64,000 bases of DNA from Octopus vulgaris (Eukaryota), in NCBI GenBank assembly GCA_951406725.2, contig OX597816.1, positions 168,144,001 to 168,208,000 on the forward strand, in the 5' to 3' direction. This document shows positions 50,811 through 63,150 of the stretch, piece by piece; the stretch's first letter is position 1; each line of letters starts with the position of its first letter. A program made the translations under genes and the position numbers. Below the pieces are notes generated by a model. The model did not search any database. It was given only the letters and a program-made list of their open reading frames with translations, and had not been told where the DNA came from.

Positions 50811-51201
50811 TATATTATAGTCTATATTGTTTGAAGGGTCCTTTATTCATGACGGGTGAGAATGATTTGAATGAAATTTGTCGCTCTTTCTTGCAGTTGG
50901 GTGATTGTGTCGGTGTCACTTATTTTATTTTCTATCTTAATACTTTAATCTGAAGAGACTAGCAAGATTGATGCTGATAATGCCTATCTTGAACTACTGC
51001 AAGTTAACAACTGTACGATGAACATAGGTGAAAAGTGGACTCTTTTTTGCAAATTAAAGTTGATTACTTTCCTTGAAGAAATAAAATATTTTGGGATAAA
51101 ATATTTAGCTAGTCTAGTTAGTTATTTAGCTACTTTGAATTATTTTCAAGGCTCATAAAATATTGCTTGTGCATGCAATTGGAAATTATTAGTGGTTCCT
51201 T

Positions 51202-51622
51202 GGATCTTTTCGGTTTGAACGGCAGTTTTTTTAAATAATTTCCACGTAACTAAACACTTTTAAACTTCGTATACTTGTAGAATGTGTTTATAAAACATCT
51301 TTTTCTCTTGGCTTTATTGAGAAAATTCTATAGTTTGTAAGATATTTGTTGTTTTTTCTTCAATTTATGCAATTTCAACCAATCAATTACGTCTATTGAG
51401 GTGAAAACATTCTGTGCCGTATGAAAATGTCCCTCGTTTAAGAAACAGATTGGGTTTATTTACATTTGTGAAGAAAAAAAGATACCCTGCCCCCCACCCC
51501 TAACCCTAACCTTAACTCTAAAATAGATTGAAATGCAATAGATCGATACTAGGGTCATAATTATGGATGACAATTCCATATGACACCGCTAGAAAAAACT
51601 GCCGTTCAAACCGAAAAGATGC
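51202..51622. mobile_element. MITE family A
   Basis: TIRs and perfect 8-bp TSD GGTTCCTT. Confidence 0.95.
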
Positions 51623-52400
51623 GGTTCCTTTTTATTGTTCTTTGAACAAATAAGAAAGAAAAAGAACGGTCAACACGCCATAAGAAATGACTGAAACAAT
51701 TTATGAGCAATTATCATGAAGGTTGCGAATGAAGCTAAAATAATGATTTCTAACATTTCTACAAGGCATTCTCGATTTAATTGTTAAATTGGCTTCAGCA
51801 CGTGAGAAGGAATGAAAATCAAGATCGTCTCCGTCAGGATATGAATTTAGAATATAAAGCGATGTTTGCCTTTTTGTCCAGCACTCAGTTGTTTTGTTTG
51901 ATTTGTTGAGTTTGTATTTTTAAATAAAATCACTGAAGATCTCTTGAAACAAGGAAGTAACAAAGATATTGCTTTGCCTTTTATTTGCTGGCTTTAGTTA
52001 CAAATGTATTTACACAACAACAGATCTAAGAACTGCTCTCCCACCACCCACAAAAGTCAAATGCCTACCTGCATTACATTACATATATATCTGAGGCTAT
52101 AAAAGTCTGCAACACTTTAAAATTTAAAGGGTGCAAGGTTGTGCAAAAGATGGCGAAGACAACAAAACCTATTTTTATTTTTAAAAATCTTTTCTTTATA
52201 ACCTTAGTTTCTAATCAGAATAAACTTTAAACTCCTATCAAGAAGAGAAACATATGCGTAAAAATATGAATGTATATGTGCACCTTTTCTAATTCTTTGA
52301 ATTTTTCATATAAAAATGGGTTTTGTTTCTAAGGATTAAATCATTATCATTTGGATTAAGATAAAGATATAGAAATTATGTCTTGAATTTCAGAAAAGTC

Positions 52401-52815
52401 GGATCTTTACGGTTTGAACGGCAGTTTTTAACATAATTTCTAGGTAACTAAAAAATGTTAAACTTCGTATACTGGTAGAATGTGTTTATAAAACATCTTT
52501 TTCTCTTGGCTTTATTGAGAAAATTCTATAGTTTGTAAGATATTTGTTGTTTTGTTTCTTCAATTTCTGCAATTTCAACCTATCACTGACGTCTATTGAG
52601 GTGAAAACATTCTGTGCCTTATGAATATGTCGCTCGTTTAAGAAACAGATTGGGTTTATTTACATTTGTGAAGAAAAATAGATACCCTTCCCCCACCCCT
52701 AACCCTAACCCTAAAAGAGATTGAAATGCAATAGATCGATACTAGGGTCATAATTATGGGTGACAATTTCATATGACACCGCTAGAAAAAACTGCCGTTC
52801 AAACCGAGAAGATCC
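52401..52815. mobile_element. MITE family A
   Basis: TIRs and TSD GAAAAGTC/GAAAACTC. Confidence 0.93.
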
Positions 52816-53027
52816 GAAAACTCTTGCATATTAAATTGGTAAAATACGAGTATGCATGAACTACCCCACCCCCGTTCTTCAAAGCCATTGCTTAAAAAGT
52901 ATTATAGGTTCGAATATAAACCTATAATTTGAAATGATGTGTTGCATGTTTCGAAGCAATTAGCTATAAATGTCTTGCTTTTTTTTTAGATGAAATTTCA
53001 CACCTTCTAAGCAGCTGGTTTCGGCTA

Positions 53028-53408
53028 TCTCTCTCTATATAAACGGCAGTTTGTCTGTGCGTGTTTCTGTGTGTCTGTTTTCTTGTACCCTCACCCTGAC
53101 CACGGCTTTCAACCGATTCTGATGAAACTTGACACACACATAGCCCAATGTCATAATTCAAAACTAACGCAGCGAAAATTTTGAAAAGTTCCCCCAGTTC
53201 TGAAAAAATTGATAAATTCGACATGGGGTCGAGAATCAGAAACACAAACCACAAACTGTCTAGGGGACGCAACTCCACCTTTTTTAACTCTCAAAAAAAT
53301 TTACCATCATTTTTTTCCATTTTTTGGCTATTTTTTTGCTATAACTCTCTAAAACTGCTTTATAGTTATTTCCCTTACAAACCTGAGCAACGCCGGGCGA
53401 TACTGCTA
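53028..53408 (+). mobile_element. Non-autonomous Helitron-like element (distinct 5' half, shared 3' end)
   Basis: TC..TATATAAACGGCAG start. End CCTGAGCAACGCCGGGCGATACTGCTAG|T. Confidence 0.8.
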
Positions 53409-53459
53409 GTAGTATTATATTTCATTTATTTTTATTTATTTTATTTCCTACACTAAACA

Positions 53460-54400
53460 GCCACGCCAAGCTTGAGTTTGTATTTAATGGAATTTTTAGG
53501 AGATATTACACCAACATTCCTTAGCATCAGAAGTATTTTCTTCATGTTTGTCCCAGGGCAGTTCGGATGGCATTGTATATTGTTTCAACAACACGATCAT
53601 GCTGCATAGAAAATAACTTGATAATGTTTTGGGGAAGCTGTAGATCACCCTGAAATATCTTTCACAATGCTATAGAGTGGGAAAGAAAAAAATAACAAGA
53701 CCACCGGCGTTTACATTTTCGATTTGGTTGTTTCCCCAAGTTCTACAATCAAGTATGAAAATCTCTTTTGACCAAAGGTAATCCCCGCATTAGTTGAACA
53801 CATTTGTTATTAAATTCAGTCTTGCAGTTATTTTCAATTTAGATATTTAAGTCTTCAACAAAGGAATTTATGTTTAAATTGGTCTTTCTTATTACTGAAT
53901 GCCCGAGTGTATATCAACTTCATTTATGCAGAAGAAATGACAGAAAAATATAAAAAACAAGCGTTGGGATATCCCTTTCGAAAACGTTATAGCATCAGAG
54001 AGAGTCGTCGTGCTCTGAGTTAGAAAGAAAAGGGTGGTTGACTAAATCTTCCAATGGTGATTGGTGGAACATTTAGACAGACTGTGATTCCAGCAGCTGT
54101 AACTTACCTGTAATTGACTCACACCGCCACAAAATTCCCGCAAGGATGAAGTCAAGACAACACAGTTTTATTAACAAGAGATTGTTCTGCATTTTCACAA
54201 TCCCTCATTTCTACCTCCTGCCCATTAGTTACAATTTTGTTGGACTTGCAATGGTCTTAGAGTAACTCATTGAGGTAGCTTGAAGCAACAGGCTTCTAAT
54301 TCCAGCTATTGATTGAAGATTTTCAATTCACAATATTACATATGTAAGGCCGTACTGTTTGTGCTATGGCAAGTGAGTTTGGCTTGTTAATTACGAATTA
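53460..54400 (-). mobile_element. Highly degenerate RLE-type (R4/NeSL-like) LINE remnant
   Basis: Minus-strand 'QHDRVVETIYNAIR' resembles the RH(D/N) motif after the zinc knuckle. Otherwise heavily disrupted. Confidence 0.35.
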
Positions 54401-54973
54401 TCTCACTTGAAGTCTTTTGTTCGTATTTTACAATTATCAATTTACTCATAAGAGCTGGAGTTCTCATAAGACATAGTCGGTGATACCAAATATTTTATCT
54501 GGCGGCGCATGTAGCAGACATTTTCCCCTAAATGTTTAGCCCAGGCCAACTTTGAGCAAGCACACCTGTGATAAAATGCATTCTAGCCCCGATTGTCCGG
54601 TCTTTTTTAAGGGTATCTTGAACTACATTTACCAATATCTTTTCCTCATCTAAGCTGGTAGGGTTCGACTTAAAGAAAATTTGACTGCAAACAAGAGCCT
54701 TTGTTGTTTCCTCTCAAGTTTTGCTGTCCAGGTAGCTGGTTTTTAGTAATTTAGTTGTTTTTCTCCGTACACAGCAGTTATCTGTCGGGCACTGTTTCAT
54801 GGCAGATTGACACACGACTGTAGAGTCATATTTATGTAATATAGTGAGCATTGATTGCCCAATATTTATCACATAGAGGCATCACCACCATATGAATTCT
54901 TGTAACATGGAATTCCGAAAGGCAAACCTATATTCCCATTGATTTCCATGTTATAAATTGGGGTATTTCCCGA

Positions 54974-55033
<60 letters not shown>

Positions 55034-55044
55034 GAGAGAGAGAG

Positions 55045-55328
55045 AGAAAATAGTAAAAAGTGAAAAAACTACAGAAGGCTTGTTTTAAAAAGGTTAAAAA
55101 ATATATATTTGAGTCAATATGTCTGAAGAATGTTATAAATTTTTTTCATACGATGACATAGTTTTTGAAGAAATGACCGGTTTCGCGTTCAGCTTTTCTT
55201 CAAAAACTGTCATTGTATGAAAAAAATTTATAACATTCTTCAGACATATTGACTCAAATATATATAAATATATTTTTTAACCTTTTAAAACAAGCCTTCT
55301 GTAGTTTTTTCACTTTTTACTATTTTCT
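55045..55328. repeat. Near-perfect inverted repeat (~130-bp arms, ~21-nt loop) between (TA)n tracts
   Basis: 55045-55173 vs 55195-55328. Confidence 0.92.
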
Positions 55329-55367
55329 ATATATTCAACCACGTGCTTTCACACACCAACTTTCTCA

Positions 55368-55423
<56 letters not shown>

Positions 55424-55426
<3 letters not shown>

Positions 55427-55888
55427 CGGTGCCTTGACTTACAAGTTTAATTTGTTCCGTGACGGAGCTTGTAACTCAAATTACTCGTATGTCAAATCAA
55501 TTTTCCTCATTCAAAATAATTGAAATGTCATTAAACCGTTCTGGGCCCCACAAAAAAAAAAACACTGCAATTTTTTTTTTGTTACATGTTTTTTAATAAG
55601 AAAAAAATTACTTATGAATAACGGATGTTGTATTTAAAAAAACCAATACAATGGGATGTGCTTCAAGAAACCGGTTTTATTAAGTATATGAATCATATTC
55701 GCTGATTTTTCCCCTTTTCGCCACGCTTTCCTCACTTTTATCTGCAGAAGTTTTCGATAAAAACCTATCCAATGAGGTTTGTTTCATCCTCCCTTTCAGA
55801 ATGTTTCTGAAATGAGCTAGGCAGGCGTCATTAAATATCACCGTAGCACGCCCAATTGCAACTTTTTCTGGGTGTTTCTTTTGAAAAA
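55424..55888 (-). mobile_element. Tigger (pogo/TIGD1-like) transposon 3' end
   Basis: TA|CAGCGGTGCCTTGACTTAC TIR. 'KKHPEKVAIGRATVIFNDACLAHFRNILKGRMKQTSLDRFL'. Confidence 0.85.
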
Positions 55889-56345
55889 TGTGCAACGTAA
55901 ATTCGTCTCTCCTTTTATTATATATACGTGCATTCGAACGCAGCAGATAACAGCTAGCCTTTGGCTGCAATTTGGCCCCTGTTGTATCCACTACTCTTAT
56001 TGGTTGGTATTGGCGCAATTTATCTCTTATTCTGTCGCGCCAATTTGCCGCTTATAACCAATCGGAATCTCTAAAATAAATCACGTAAGACAACCTGTTC
56101 TCAACCCAGTTTTGAATCTACAGCTCATTATAAAAACCCAGCTTCTCTTCGTCTCAAAGCCTTTCGCTTTCAGACCAGATCTTGCTGGTAGCAATTTTTC
56201 GCGTTAATCATTGTTTGATCCCTGTTAGACGTAAGCCACATTGTTGATTAATTGTTGAAAGTCCCCCGTAAGGATAAACCTATTGTTTGATTTCACTGTT
56301 GAATTTTTAAATTGTTAGTTGCTGTATTTTGCTGTATTTTTATAA

Positions 56346-57697
56346 TTGTTTTCTTCCTCATTTATGGGTGAAGTAGTGAAAAGAGGAAGGATGGAAAGTG
56401 AACCAGTCCCAGCCGGCACCTATGCTGCAGCCACTGGAAGAAGTTTAACTGCAGACGTACTACAGTTTAGCGAAGTGAAAATGGAGGAAAAAAAGCTAAA
56501 GGAGTTTAACAGACTGATTGAAAAGGAGGGAACCAGTTTGAGGTTGACCCCGCCACAAGAATTGCCAGCGAGCGTAACTAAGCGTTCAGTAGTATATAGA
56601 ACGCTGTCCACGGCAACGAAAATAATTGAAATAGCTAGTGTGGAAGCCATAGAAGAGTGTTTGAAGGAGTTAAAGAACCTCACAACTTTCTATTCCAGAG
56701 GGGAAAATACGGCACAGTTGAGGTAAGGTTCGCTAGCGAGCAAAAAGCGATAAACCACTCCACTATGGTGCTAAGGACACCAGAGTGGGTACTTCTGCCG
56801 ACTTAATGTGGCAAACGAGTGGCCAGGGTAAGGATAGGCAGAGTACGCCCGGAGATTGAGGAGGCGTGGCTGGTGGCAGCCATTATGTACAATATGGAGG
56901 AGGCGAAGGAGAAAGTAATGAGAATGAGAGAGGTAAACTGTTGGTGATACGACCTCGAGGTGGCGCTCCAGGTTAGTTTGCAATACTTGCACAAAATAGC
57001 AGAGGAGGTGATACTGCCGGAGGAAGTGAAATTAAGAGTAGTGGTGGAGAGAAGACCTCCAACCTGTTACCAGTGTGGAATAAGGGGACAAATGAGAGCA
57101 AGGTGTCCCCAGAATGACGTGAAAGGTGAACAGGAACAGCAGCAACAGAGTGACAAGCAGGAGAAAAATGCCGAAGTGGCGACCCCAGTGAGTGAGAAGT
57201 GTTCAGAGAAGGTGGAGGAGGATTATACAGTGGTAAATATGAAAAAGAAAAGGAAGGAAGACGTGAACTCACCCCCAAAGAGTCCACTAAAGAAAGGGAA
57301 AGAAAATAAACAGGAAGAGACACAGCAGAAGATTCCAACAATATCAACAAGGGAAACCAACGTCGAAATTCAAGTGGAAAAACAGGAACAAGTAACAAAA
57401 ATAGAATCAAAAGAGAAATGGCGTATGGTGACATATTCGAAAAACACGGAAATGGAAAAGAGAATAACCAAAATGAAATCGGTGGTGAGAGTGAAGTTAA
57501 CAACGGAACATTATCCAGCGAACACCAAGGCACTTGTAATTGACCAAGAGAGATGTGCAAGATTGAGAGAATTATTTGGAAATAAGATGGACCCAGCAGC
57601 AGTACGCGTGGAGTTTGATGACTTGCCGCCTGTAATAGATTATGATCTGATCTTTTCTTATCACCATTTTATGAACGGTATTAGGTACCGTTCATAA
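56346..57697 (+). pseudogene. ORF1/gag-like zinc-knuckle protein of a non-LTR retroelement (L1/Tx1-like), disrupted
   Basis: 'TYAAAT', 'VEVRFASEQKA', 'LRVVVERRPPTCYQCGIRGQMRARCP' (CCHC with H>Q), 'YTVVNMKKKRK'. One frameshift, two stops, no ORF2. Confidence 0.7.
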
Positions 57698-58215
57698 AAT
57701 GGTGATAAGAAAAGAGGAAGAAGAAAGTAAATGTTTGGAATTTTAATAAAACTGATACAAAAAGGGGAAAAAAGAGAAAAAAGAAAAAGATATAAAAACA
57801 CTAAACTAAAACATTTAAAATTATATTGCTTGCGAGTGGGGAGCATACAGCCATTTCACCTCCATTATTATAATTCATCCTTCATTCGTTCGTTCTGTGT
57901 TTTATATCCCCACTGTAGTGTCCTGTCTGTCCTGGTGCTGTCCCCTCTGTTTTATGACCGCAGTGCCAAAATAAAGAATCACTTTCGGTTCCAGACCTTT
58001 TTAGGTCTAGCCACTGAACACACAAGACACAGCCAGTTCCAGAGACGACACCACAGCAGTCACTTTGAAACTTACCAACTTCATCTAACAACATTACAGC
58101 AACCTCCGTCTTCGTCGCCACCATCATGTTCTTAATGTCGTCAACATCATCTCTCTACGTACACAGCTCAACCAGCAACTCGCTCAGGTTCCAACACTTC
58201 ACTGTTCGTGAATTA

Positions 58216-59377
58216 CCGTATTTGACGGCATATTAGACGCACCCTCATTTCAGCAGGTCAAATTCAGAAAAAAAAGTTTTAAGTGTATTTAAGCATATAT
58301 TGTTTGAAAGCAGTCTAGCAGCACATTACAAAAGCAGAAAACATTGCTGTATAAAAGCAAGCATACAGAAGGAAAGTATACAAATTACAATAGTAATCAT
58401 CTTTTTAACCAGAAAACTCTTCATCATCTTCTACACCAGAAAAGTCTTCGTCATCATCTAATATTTTTTCTTCATAAGCAGCAGGCATTTTTTGTGCAAT
58501 GGATGTTTTTGTACGCATTGATAAACCCTTCCGTTTCATAAACCTGTAACACCAACCTTCTGTTCCTGCAAAGTTCTGTATCCCTCGTTGTTCTGCTACT
58601 CTCATAGCCTCATGAATTATCATTTTGGTAGATACACTTCTCCCTGAGTTTCTCTCATCAAGCACCCACGTTTTTATATCATCCTCAAGTTCTGACCAAT
58701 GTGGGACTGGACAACGAAGGTTATGTTTACCTTTCTGTGCTCTCATCAGCTGCTCTTCTTGCTGTCGCCAGACACGTATCATTTTTTCTGTAGGTGGTGG
58801 CCCCAAAACCCTTGCTGTTGCTCTATTTCCATGCTCCTTGGCATAATCTACCACTCGTAGTTTGTAGGAGATTTTGTAGCTTGATCTTTTTGCTGCCATA
58901 GCCGTGAGGGTGCTTGTACTGTTGTAGTGTGTTTTGTTATGATCATAAACTTTGTTGTACCAAGATATCCAACCTACCTCCGTATATACACGAACTCGCA
59001 ACGATCATGTGCATTCCGTAGTTTTACTCCTCAACGTCAGATGGCATCGAGTTAGGGTTCCGATCAGCTGATATTAGTAAAAGTGTGTCATGGATCGCAG
59101 CCTAACAATTTACGGTAGATTGCTTTGATTTTTACGATAATTCGTATTTTAAAGTAATAATACTGGTAATAATAATAATAATAATTCTAGCAATAAAATA
59201 ATGATGCATGAGTACGGAAAATATCATTAAGGCGTTAGCGTAGGTAGAAATACTTATCGTAAGCTAGGTTAGTGAGCGTCTGGGAGAAGATTAGCCTACG
59301 GGAGGGTCTTAACTTCGCATATTACACGCAGGGCGATTTTTTGGAAAAAAAGTGCTCCTATATGCCGTCAAATACGG
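58216..59377 (-). mobile_element. pogo (POGK-like) internal-deletion derivative with intact TIRs
   Basis: TA|CCGTATTTGACGGCATAT ... ATATGCCGTCAAATACGG|TA. Confidence 0.93.
58405..58899 (-). CDS. Truncated pogo transposase: Brinker-type DBD + CENP-B-type HTH + acidic tail, no DDE domain (164 aa)
   Basis: 'KRSSYKISYKLRVVDYAKEHGNRATAR..EKMIRVWR', 'WSELEDDIKTWV..R..G..VS..F.GTEGWCYRFMKRKGLSMRTKTSIAQKMP', then DDDEDFSG. Confidence 0.75.
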   Translation of the reverse strand: MAAKRSSYKISYKLRVVDYAKEHGNRATARVLGPPPTEKMIRVWRQQEEQLMRAQKGKHNLRCPVPHWSELEDDIKTWVLDERNSGRSVSTKMIIHEAMRVAEQRGIQNFAGTEGWCYRFMKRKGLSMRTKTSIAQKMPAAYEEKILDDDEDFSGVEDDEEFSG

Positions 59378-59833
59378 TACTTCACCATGGATCAACAGCG
59401 AATATACAACCTGCAAGAACTCCTGTACCAAGTGACCCAGGCAGCAGTATCACAGCCACGACTTCACGTTCGACATGTACCTGCAACCGGCTCAGCATCT
59501 TATCCGCAACTTCTTGATACATTATTTCAACTGCCGTGTACAATTGACTACGAACTGGTATTCTCATTCTTGTGTCTATGAACTCCTCACTTCGATGGCT
59601 ATAGACTCTTTCACTATCTACTTCTTCATTGCCATTCTTATATGTTTTTCACACGTACATACATCTATGTTTACACACACACACACACATACAGTTTGTT
59701 CTCATGACTGCCAGTCAATTATTCTGTATACATGACGCACACACAGACACATGTTATTACCTCAATAAATCTTCTCTTAACCATTCTACTCGGCTGTATC
59801 TCTCTTTTCTCTCTGGCACTTATATGTACTATT

Positions 59834-59881
<48 letters not shown>

Positions 59882-59942
59882 ATCGACCATGCGATGTACT
59901 AAAGAGCCATTCCCCTCATCTCGCATCGCACGGTCCCTTACA

Positions 59943-60452
59943 AAAGTCAGAAAGTTTCTCCCACATTCCCAACATTTTCTTTATCACACTTGTAGAGATA
60001 ACCTCCTCCGTATCCCCTATTCCCTGCAAAACCTCCGCGTGCTGCTGTGTCTGTAGCTCCTCTAGATCCTCCGTTGTCAGTTCCTCGGAGTGCTCCTCGA
60101 TGAGCTCGTTGATATCATCTTCATCCATGTCCAGGTTCTCCTCCATCACTGCCGCTTCGGGTTCGAATCTTTCAAAGTCCGTTTCAGATACAACCTCAGG
60201 CCACAGCCTCTTCTAAGCAGGGATCAAGGTCCTCTTTGTAACACACTGCCAGGCCATATCGATAATTCTGAGACATATCACGATGTTATAGTGGTCCTTT
60301 CAGGACTCTCGAAGGGTGAACTTTGTACTCTCCGTCACCTCAAAGCAGAGGCGGAATAGGTGCATGGTGAAGAGCTTCTTGAAGTTAAAAATCACCTGCT
60401 GGTCCATGGGTGGTGTTGGGTGGAAGGTAGAGAACCTTTATAAACTTGTACT
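59943..60452 (-). mobile_element. Tigger transposase DDE/C-terminal part (continuation of 55424-55888)
   Basis: 'KVLYLPPNTT', 'IIDMAWQCVTKRTL..A*KRLWP', 'DEDDINELIEEHSEELTTEDL'. Confidence 0.88.
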
Positions 60453-60459
60453 CTATATA

Positions 60460-61575
60460 AGTATTGATTGTTAAATATGAATTTATAATTTTTTATTTGT
60501 TAATGATAATTTAGATATGTACATTTATTAATTATTATTTTATAATTATTATATCTGAACGTAAATTTTAAGATATTAGTCACTTTGGGATCTAGATCGT
60601 AAAAATGTTTTAATTTAACTATAAGTTTCTTATTATATTTCTAGTCATATTATATTTCTAATACTATTACATTTAATAATAATAGTAATAATAAGTATTT
60701 TATAAAGATAGGCTATACGTTTTTACTTTGGAATTTTTCAATTCTTATTTTGTATTTCATAAATATTTTCTAAAGATATCTATAATATTTATGTAAGTTA
60801 TAATGGACTAATTTATTTATTGTTTATATGTTTATTGATAGAAAAAAATATAGATTTTTAATTACTATATTTGTTGATTATAATTTAGATACTTATTTTA
60901 TAATTATATTATGCGAACTAAAATCTTAAAATACTAAGAGTGATTGTTTTGTAAAATAGTTTGGTAATTAAATATTAGAGCATAACAAGGTTAAAGATAT
61001 TCTATAGTTTATTAATGTTTTTAAGCTAAATTGTATCTTCACAGATAAATACATGTTTCTATCTATTTACTCTATTTTTTTTTACCTTAAATATTTAACA
61101 TAATAAATGTATTGTAGGAAACTGATCCTAACGTTTTAAGTTTCAAATTTAGTTAATGGAGTTTCTTCTATAAGAAAAATCATTATTTTATTCATTTATT
61201 TAATAGATATTGTTTAACTCTATTTGCATATTTATTTAACTATTATTGTTAATCTGAAAAGTGACTATGATTTTAAATTGAATTGATTTTCGATTAAATT
61301 CAAATTTAATTGTAATTCGAATTTAATTATAGCCATGAAACGTACGTAGTTTTTTTACTTATTATATATTGATTATTTCATTTTTATACTTTTTGTGATC
61401 TAGTTATATGTTTTATAAAAATATATTTTAGTTTTTATTTATGATTAGGTTTATGTCTATCATTGTTTGAATTGCATAATAGTGGTTTTTATTTTATATA
61501 TATATATTGTGAAATTTGATTTAATACTAAATTGAATTTTTCCCTGTAAGTTCAGAGTTATACTCCTTAATATTA
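60460..61575 (+). mobile_element. AT-rich Penelope-type pseudo-LTR-like unit with hammerhead-like motif (61250-61352)
   Basis: CTGAAAA-gtgactat...atagccat-GAAA-cgtacg-TA. The 3' end TTTTTCCCTGTAAGTT..ATACTCC.TAATATTAT is shared with 32196. Confidence 0.55.
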
Positions 61576-61818
61576 TATATATATTTATGTATGTATGTAT
61601 CATCGGTTTCTCAATGGACCCGGAAGTTGTTGTTCGCAAACAGCAGCAGTAATTTTCTTCTGCAGAATACACGTCATTGATTGGTTGAAATTACCCAAAT
61701 ACAACAGCTTTAACACGAAATAACTTCTAAAATACAAAATTTTGTCAAAAATGTTAAGAGTAAACCATGTTCCATGTGACACCTTCTACCAGTATCCGAA
61801 GTTTCAAAGTGTTTAGTT

Positions 61819-62860
61819 TGTGGCAAAGGAGATATTGGTTAATGCGGGGTACCTATTTGAATGAGTGCGTGTCAGAAGGCTAGTAACATTTAAATAAATG
61901 TTTGCATAAAAGGCACAACAAAATACCAGGAGACAATGTTCCCTTTTGGCTAACAAACCTGGGAATTTATTCTGGTGTAATCAAGATATTACCGGAGCTT
62001 TGCAGGTAAGCCTTCCCGTTAATCGGAAAGGAATCAAGTGTTCATTCATTAGTAATTGTTCAATCGGTGTATCGTAGATATTAGTCCTCCCGTCAATCGG
62101 GGGCAGTAAACAAATATTCATTCTCTAGTATGTTCCCATGAGTTGGAAAAAATCAGTACATTAAGGTAGAAGTCCTTCTGTCGATGAGTGCTAATTTCTG
62201 ATCAAAGTCCTGTCTGGCTGAAGCTCATCTAACCTGCTTGCCACCCAGTCTACTCGACTACTGGCCTTTCTATTTTAAAACTCGCACTTCACTGCCCGGG
62301 CCGCGTGTATCCTTCCGCGACCAGCAGTGATTGGTTAGTTTAAGCAAAACGACTAAATTAAGCTACCATCGCAAGTTAGTACTAATATGACTTGCTACAA
62401 GTTAAAAAATATTATTAAACAATCTGGCCGTCAAGCTGAATAGATCTGCACAGGACACCACAGAACGTAAACAACATGCTGTAATTCTTTTTATCTCCAC
62501 TAACACCCCCCCTTGGTTTTTTTCTCTCTCATCCTTTCTCTGATTCTTTTCCTCTCCCTTCGCCGTTCTCTGTCTGTCCCACTCTCTCCCTCACTCTTCC
62601 GCCTTTGCTCTCCCTTTGTTCGCAAGTCATCATCGGCCATCTTTCTTTTCCTAATTTGAATTTCTTTCTTTCTCTCCGATCAGCCACAGGGACAAGACGC
62701 ATTTTTTATTGTCTCCTGTCAGAGCTTGTTCCTCCGCGTTCACCAACTCAACTCGTTCAGACTTAGCAGCCCTTCCTGTTTGTTTTCACTGTCCTGTTTT
62801 TGTTACTTCCGCAAAATCCCAAATTTTATTTAATTTGCTTTGCGGGAGCAATTGTTTTGT
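61819..62860 (-). mobile_element. LTR retrotransposon 3' end: polypurine tract plus ~690-bp LTR (61819-62505)
   Basis: Minus strand AAGGGGGGG|TGTTAGTGG...GCCACA. Truncates the fold-back element at 61818. Confidence 0.65.
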
Positions 62861-63051
62861 CGAAAACGTATCTTGTCATTAATTGCTCGAAATACGAAGT
62901 AGAAAAACAGCCGACAACTGATGAAGGGTTATTTTTTTATGTTGCTTGTCTTGTTTTCTATTTGTTTCCTTTGTTGTTCGGAAAAAAGTTCGTATTCCAT
63001 GGTTTCGTATTTCATGTTGTTTACATTCTGTGGTGTCTTGTGCCCATATAT

Positions 63052-63150
<99 letters not shown>

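Larger units (their letters stand above)
55889..59942. mobile_element. TG...CA-bounded insertion (probable solo LTR) splitting the Tigger, itself containing two nested elements
   Basis: Ends TGTGCAAC...CCCTTACA fall at the break in the Tigger ORF (LSDF | KKHPEK). AATAAA at about 57969. Confidence 0.5.

Noticed and set aside
62855-63050. CTGATGA with nearby GAAA motifs next to a microsatellite
   Set aside because: Could not assemble three stems around the core. Possibly a decayed pLTR.
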